DNA from: Deltaproteobacteria bacterium
GTDB taxonomy: Bacteria > Bdellovibrionota > JACOXK01
Length of the DNA stretch: 64,000 bases
Direction: 5' to 3'
Assembly: GCA_016182335.1 (NCBI GenBank)
Contig: JACOXK010000057.1
Span: 706 to 64,705, forward strand
Shown: piece after piece, positions 61,199 through 64,000 of the stretch
How the letters are laid out: each line of letters opens with the position of its first letter
Position numbering within the stretch: the stretch's first letter is position 1
The notes under the pieces: generated by a model
Database searches by the model: none
The model's input: the letters and a program-made list of their open reading frames with translations, nothing else
What the model was told of the DNA's origin: nothing
Position numbers and translations under genes: made by a program

Positions 61199-61393
61199 TT
61201 AATAAAACGTTTTTTTCTTTTTAAGAGCGCGTTTTATGGCAGCTACGGCTTTTTTCTTTTTTCGAACACTGGGCTTTTCATAGTGTTCTCTTTTTCGAAT
61301 CTCTGAAAGTATTCCAGCTTTCTCACATTGTTTCTTAAATCTTTTAAGAGCTCCTTCAAAGGATTCTCCTTCTTTGATTTTTATTCCAGGCAT
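61199..61393 (-). CDS. rpsU: 30S ribosomal protein S21
   Basis: [31 protein letters not shown] 61393 after GGAGG. Confidence 0.96.
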   Translation of the reverse strand: MPGIKIKEGESFEGALKRFKKQCEKAGILSEIRKREHYEKPSVRKKKKAVAAIKRALKKKKTFY

Positions 61394-61474
61394 GCGTTTC
61401 TCTCCCCTCCAATTTGAAGCATTAGATTTCACGACTACTAAAGGCCTAAAATAAAGTCAATTTATTCATCCTTT

Positions 61475-61580
61475 TAGAATACCTTGGGCTTTACGCCCAA
61501 GGACTAATGATGCGAATAACCCCGAGTCTCGTCGAAGCGTAGCGGCGACGGACGAGAGGGTCTCCTGCGTAAATGACGTG
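61475..61580. repeat. Cluster of GC-rich hairpin elements (intergenic)
   Basis: ccttgggc-tttac-gcccaagg (61482-61502) and ctcgtc..gacgag, ending in gcgtaaatgacg. Confidence 0.55.
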
Positions 61581-61657
61581 GATTCATTTGCCTTAATAGT
61601 AGCCATGTGTTAGGGATTCCCCACCGCTTTTTATGCGTGCATCATAGGAACTTATTC

Positions 61658-62932
61658 ATGAAAAAAATTGCTTTATTCGCCTTGGTGACAGTACTACTTT
61701 TTATGGGCTGCAGGTCCTCTTCACCAGAGTTTGATTCAAGCAATGAAGCCATAGCGACTGAAGCAAAAAACATCTTATCTTCTGAATATTATTTTCCTGA
61801 TGGACAAGCTAAGAGGCTTTCAGGGCTTCGAGATGCCTACGTGAGAAATGTTCTTGAAGAAGCACGAAGGGAACTAAATTCTTATACAGCTAGTGGTGAT
61901 GAGCAGCGATTACAAAAGGCCCAATGCCTTATTGAGAATGCCAAAAAAATCTCTGATGCCACCTATATTTCTCCCAATAGTTTGGGGAGTGAGCCTGAAA
62001 TAAATTTTCAACAAGGTGTAAAACATGTCAATTTTGATTGGCAATGGCCTGCAACGAACTATTGGGTCTATATAAACCCAGATGATCCAAATAATAGATT
62101 TAATAATGATTCCAAGACTACCGTGTTTTCAGATTTTCTTATTTATGGGAGTATTTCAGTCATTGGGTCACCCATCTTTTTACCCTTGCTGGTTGTTATA
62201 TCATCAACGTGTGCTAGCTTTGATGTCATCTATAGCTTTCTCTCTTGGGATACAGAGCCTGGGGACCCTGCTTTCATCCCACTTTCACCCATCGATCAAA
62301 GTTTAAAAATTAAATTAGCTGCTTTTGATAGCCAGATTTTGGGTGCGCAATCTTCACAATTTTCTTCTGAGAACTCACAACTGAATAACACAACTGGTGA
62401 ATTAGGCACTGGCAATGGTTCCTCCACTTTTGAACTCGTTATGACGTACACAGTTGAAGCATTGGGCGAGCTTGAAAATGCCTTTCGAGGAACTATTCTC
62501 TTGGATATTCCAGAAATTATTCACCCAACAGAAAAAAGCGTGTGGTCACCTTCTACGTGGTTTTCTTCAGATAGTGAAAGTGTTTACAGCCTTTGGGCAA
62601 AGGCCTGTAGTTTTGTTGATCGTCATTATAGTACATTTTCAGGTCGTGAAATTTTTGATGTGTATGATCACGTTAGCGTCGATGGGAAAAACTCTGCCAT
62701 CATAAGGCTTAGAAAAATATATGAAGTGGGCCCTGATTCTTTAAAAAAAGAGTCCGTGGGCTTTATTAATTTCAAACTGAAGGATTTTGAGATGCCGGGT
62801 GTGCATCTTCAAATAAGACAAGTTTTAGATACATCTGTGCAGAATAATGAAAGTTTCCAAGAAGCACCTGAATCTGCTGTGCAGGATCCACTTTTAGAGG
62901 GATATAAGTATTTGGGGGGGGAGAAGAATTGA
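61658..62932 (+). CDS. Hypothetical lipoprotein
   Basis: MKKIALFALVTVLLFMGC lipobox. Confidence 0.75.
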   Translation: MKKIALFALVTVLLFMGCRSSSPEFDSSNEAIATEAKNILSSEYYFPDGQAKRLSGLRDAYVRNVLEEARRELNSYTASGDEQRLQKAQCLIENAKKISDATYISPNSLGSEPEINFQQGVKHVNFDWQWPATNYWVYINPDDPNNRFNNDSKTTVFSDFLIYGSISVIGSPIFLPLLVVISSTCASFDVIYSFLSWDTEPGDPAFIPLSPIDQSLKIKLAAFDSQILGAQSSQFSSENSQLNNTTGELGTGNGSSTFELVMTYTVEALGELENAFRGTILLDIPEIIHPTEKSVWSPSTWFSSDSESVYSLWAKACSFVDRHYSTFSGREIFDVYDHVSVDGKNSAIIRLRKIYEVGPDSLKKESVGFINFKLKDFEMPGVHLQIRQVLDTSVQNNESFQEAPESAVQDPLLEGYKYLGGEKN

Positions 62933-64000
62933 TGAATTATATTGTCGCGGGTCCTGCCTGCCTTCACCCCCAACCGACGGCTTCGGCCAGTAGGCCTGCA
63001 GGCGCTCGTTGGGGGACCCCCTACGGCAGTCACCCGCTTCTAATATATGTGTTTTTTAGTATTTTGGTTGGGTGGTCGTTTGCAAGGGGGGAGAAAACGA
63101 ATGTTGAGCTTGTTCAGGAAGGCCTGATAGAAAGTATTACCCTTCTTAAAGATCCCAAACCTACAACATTAAAATTTGAAAAATCTGTAAAAAACTTTCG
63201 AAATATTCTCTCGACAATGAGAGAAAATTGCACCCAGAATAATCCTGTCCAAGCTATCGAACTTGTTGATTTTGGGCTCGACCTTGTCCATTTAGCTTTG
63301 TGGGAGATAGAAAAGAGTGAATCAGATCAAGCTTTGTTTGATAAAAAATGGGGACGTGGGTTTTTTGCCTATTTTAAAGTTTTAAGTAATGCGTTGGCTG
63401 GGATAGAAAAAACGCATGAAATTAAAAATTTCGTTCGCGTGCGCACAAGTACAGGAGACATTATAGATTCCAAGGGTAGGCAACAACACGATTGGTCTGT
63501 GCAGAAAATTTACAATAGCTTTCTCGCATTTAAATCATGCCCTAATGATTTTGACCATAGAGAGCGTGTACAAGATTGTCTTAATGCTTTTTTGAGAACG
63601 CTTGAAAATGAAAAACAATTTCTCAGAGGCCCAGCCTCGTTTCTTCCTGAATACCGTAAGGCCCAGGGTGAAAAGATTGAGGTAGAACTAACAAAATTTA
63701 TTTCTTCCGGTAAGGCATATTGGCAATATCCGATTGATTCAATTGAGAGGTTTAAATCCTTATGGGAAGATCTTATTTTGAAAGTTTTAAAATTCCCTCT
63801 AGATTCTTTTCCTTTGGTTTTAAACTCTGAAAATACGTTTTATTCTCAACCTTGCAATATGATAAATCTCGCTACCCTCCTCCAAGAATCTTACGAAACC
63901 TATAAAAAAGAGGGTTTAGAAGACAATGGAATCTATTCACTCAAGGCTCTTAACAGTTTTACAATGTGGGGAGTGAAAAAAATCTTGAATGATGAAAACA
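62932..64000 (+). CDS. Hypothetical exported protein (3' end outside window)
   Basis: Missing from the ORF track. ATG overlaps the upstream TGA; no stop codon up to 64000. Confidence 0.75.
   Translation, partial: MNYIVAGPACLHPQPTASASRPAGARWGTPYGSHPLLIYVFFSILVGWSFARGEKTNVELVQEGLIESITLLKDPKPTTLKFEKSVKNFRNILSTMRENCTQNNPVQAIELVDFGLDLVHLALWEIEKSESDQALFDKKWGRGFFAYFKVLSNALAGIEKTHEIKNFVRVRTSTGDIIDSKGRQQHDWSVQKIYNSFLAFKSCPNDFDHRERVQDCLNAFLRTLENEKQFLRGPASFLPEYRKAQGEKIEVELTKFISSGKAYWQYPIDSIERFKSLWEDLILKVLKFPLDSFPLVLNSENTFYSQPCNMINLATLLQESYETYKKEGLEDNGIYSLKALNSFTMWGVKKILNDEN
62947..63037. mobile_element. ~90-bp GC-rich hairpin element, in frame in the signal-peptide region
   Basis: Nested arms gcgggt/acccgc, ctgcc/ggcag and cccccaac/gttggggg. 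Confidence 0.75.

Noticed and set aside
1..64000. CRISPR array or autonomous transposase/integrase
   Set aside because: No regularly spaced repeats and no recognisable transposase, integrase or cas ORF were seen.

Overview
AT-rich bacterial chromosome segment, probably from an uncultured Deltaproteobacteria/Bdellovibrionota-like lineage (inferred from gene content). It is mostly housekeeping: partial ftsK, suhB, an unusual NuoB-NuoD fusion plus nuoG, an actinobacterial-Sdh1-like sdhCAB, ilvC, corA, copA-lepA-lepB-pyrBC-carAB, ileS, lspA-lspA-lgt, asnS, a peptide ABC transporter, nif3-rnhA-rnpB, rpsU-dnaG-rpoD, tRNA-fMet and tRNA-Ile(CAU). Small accessory islets carry TA pairs, a Tlde1/DUF2778-like pair and secreted proteins. 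The most striking signal is a dense set of short GC-rich palindromic elements from several families (TGTCATTGCGA..GGCAATCT, TGTCATCCTGAG..GGATC, TGTCATCCCCGC..GCGGGGATCCAG, CCCTCACCC..GGGAGAGGG and 90-120 bp MITE-like hairpins). They occur between genes and, at about 11 sites, in frame inside intact protein genes (nuoG x3, ilvC, a phosphodiesterase, carA, carB x2, ileS, a PNPOx-like gene and a signal peptide). Some are nested one inside another, and both orientations occur. This resembles Rickettsia palindromic elements but in an unrelated lineage. I recognised no CRISPR array, transposase, integrase or reverse transcriptase. All calls are by eye, with no database searches.
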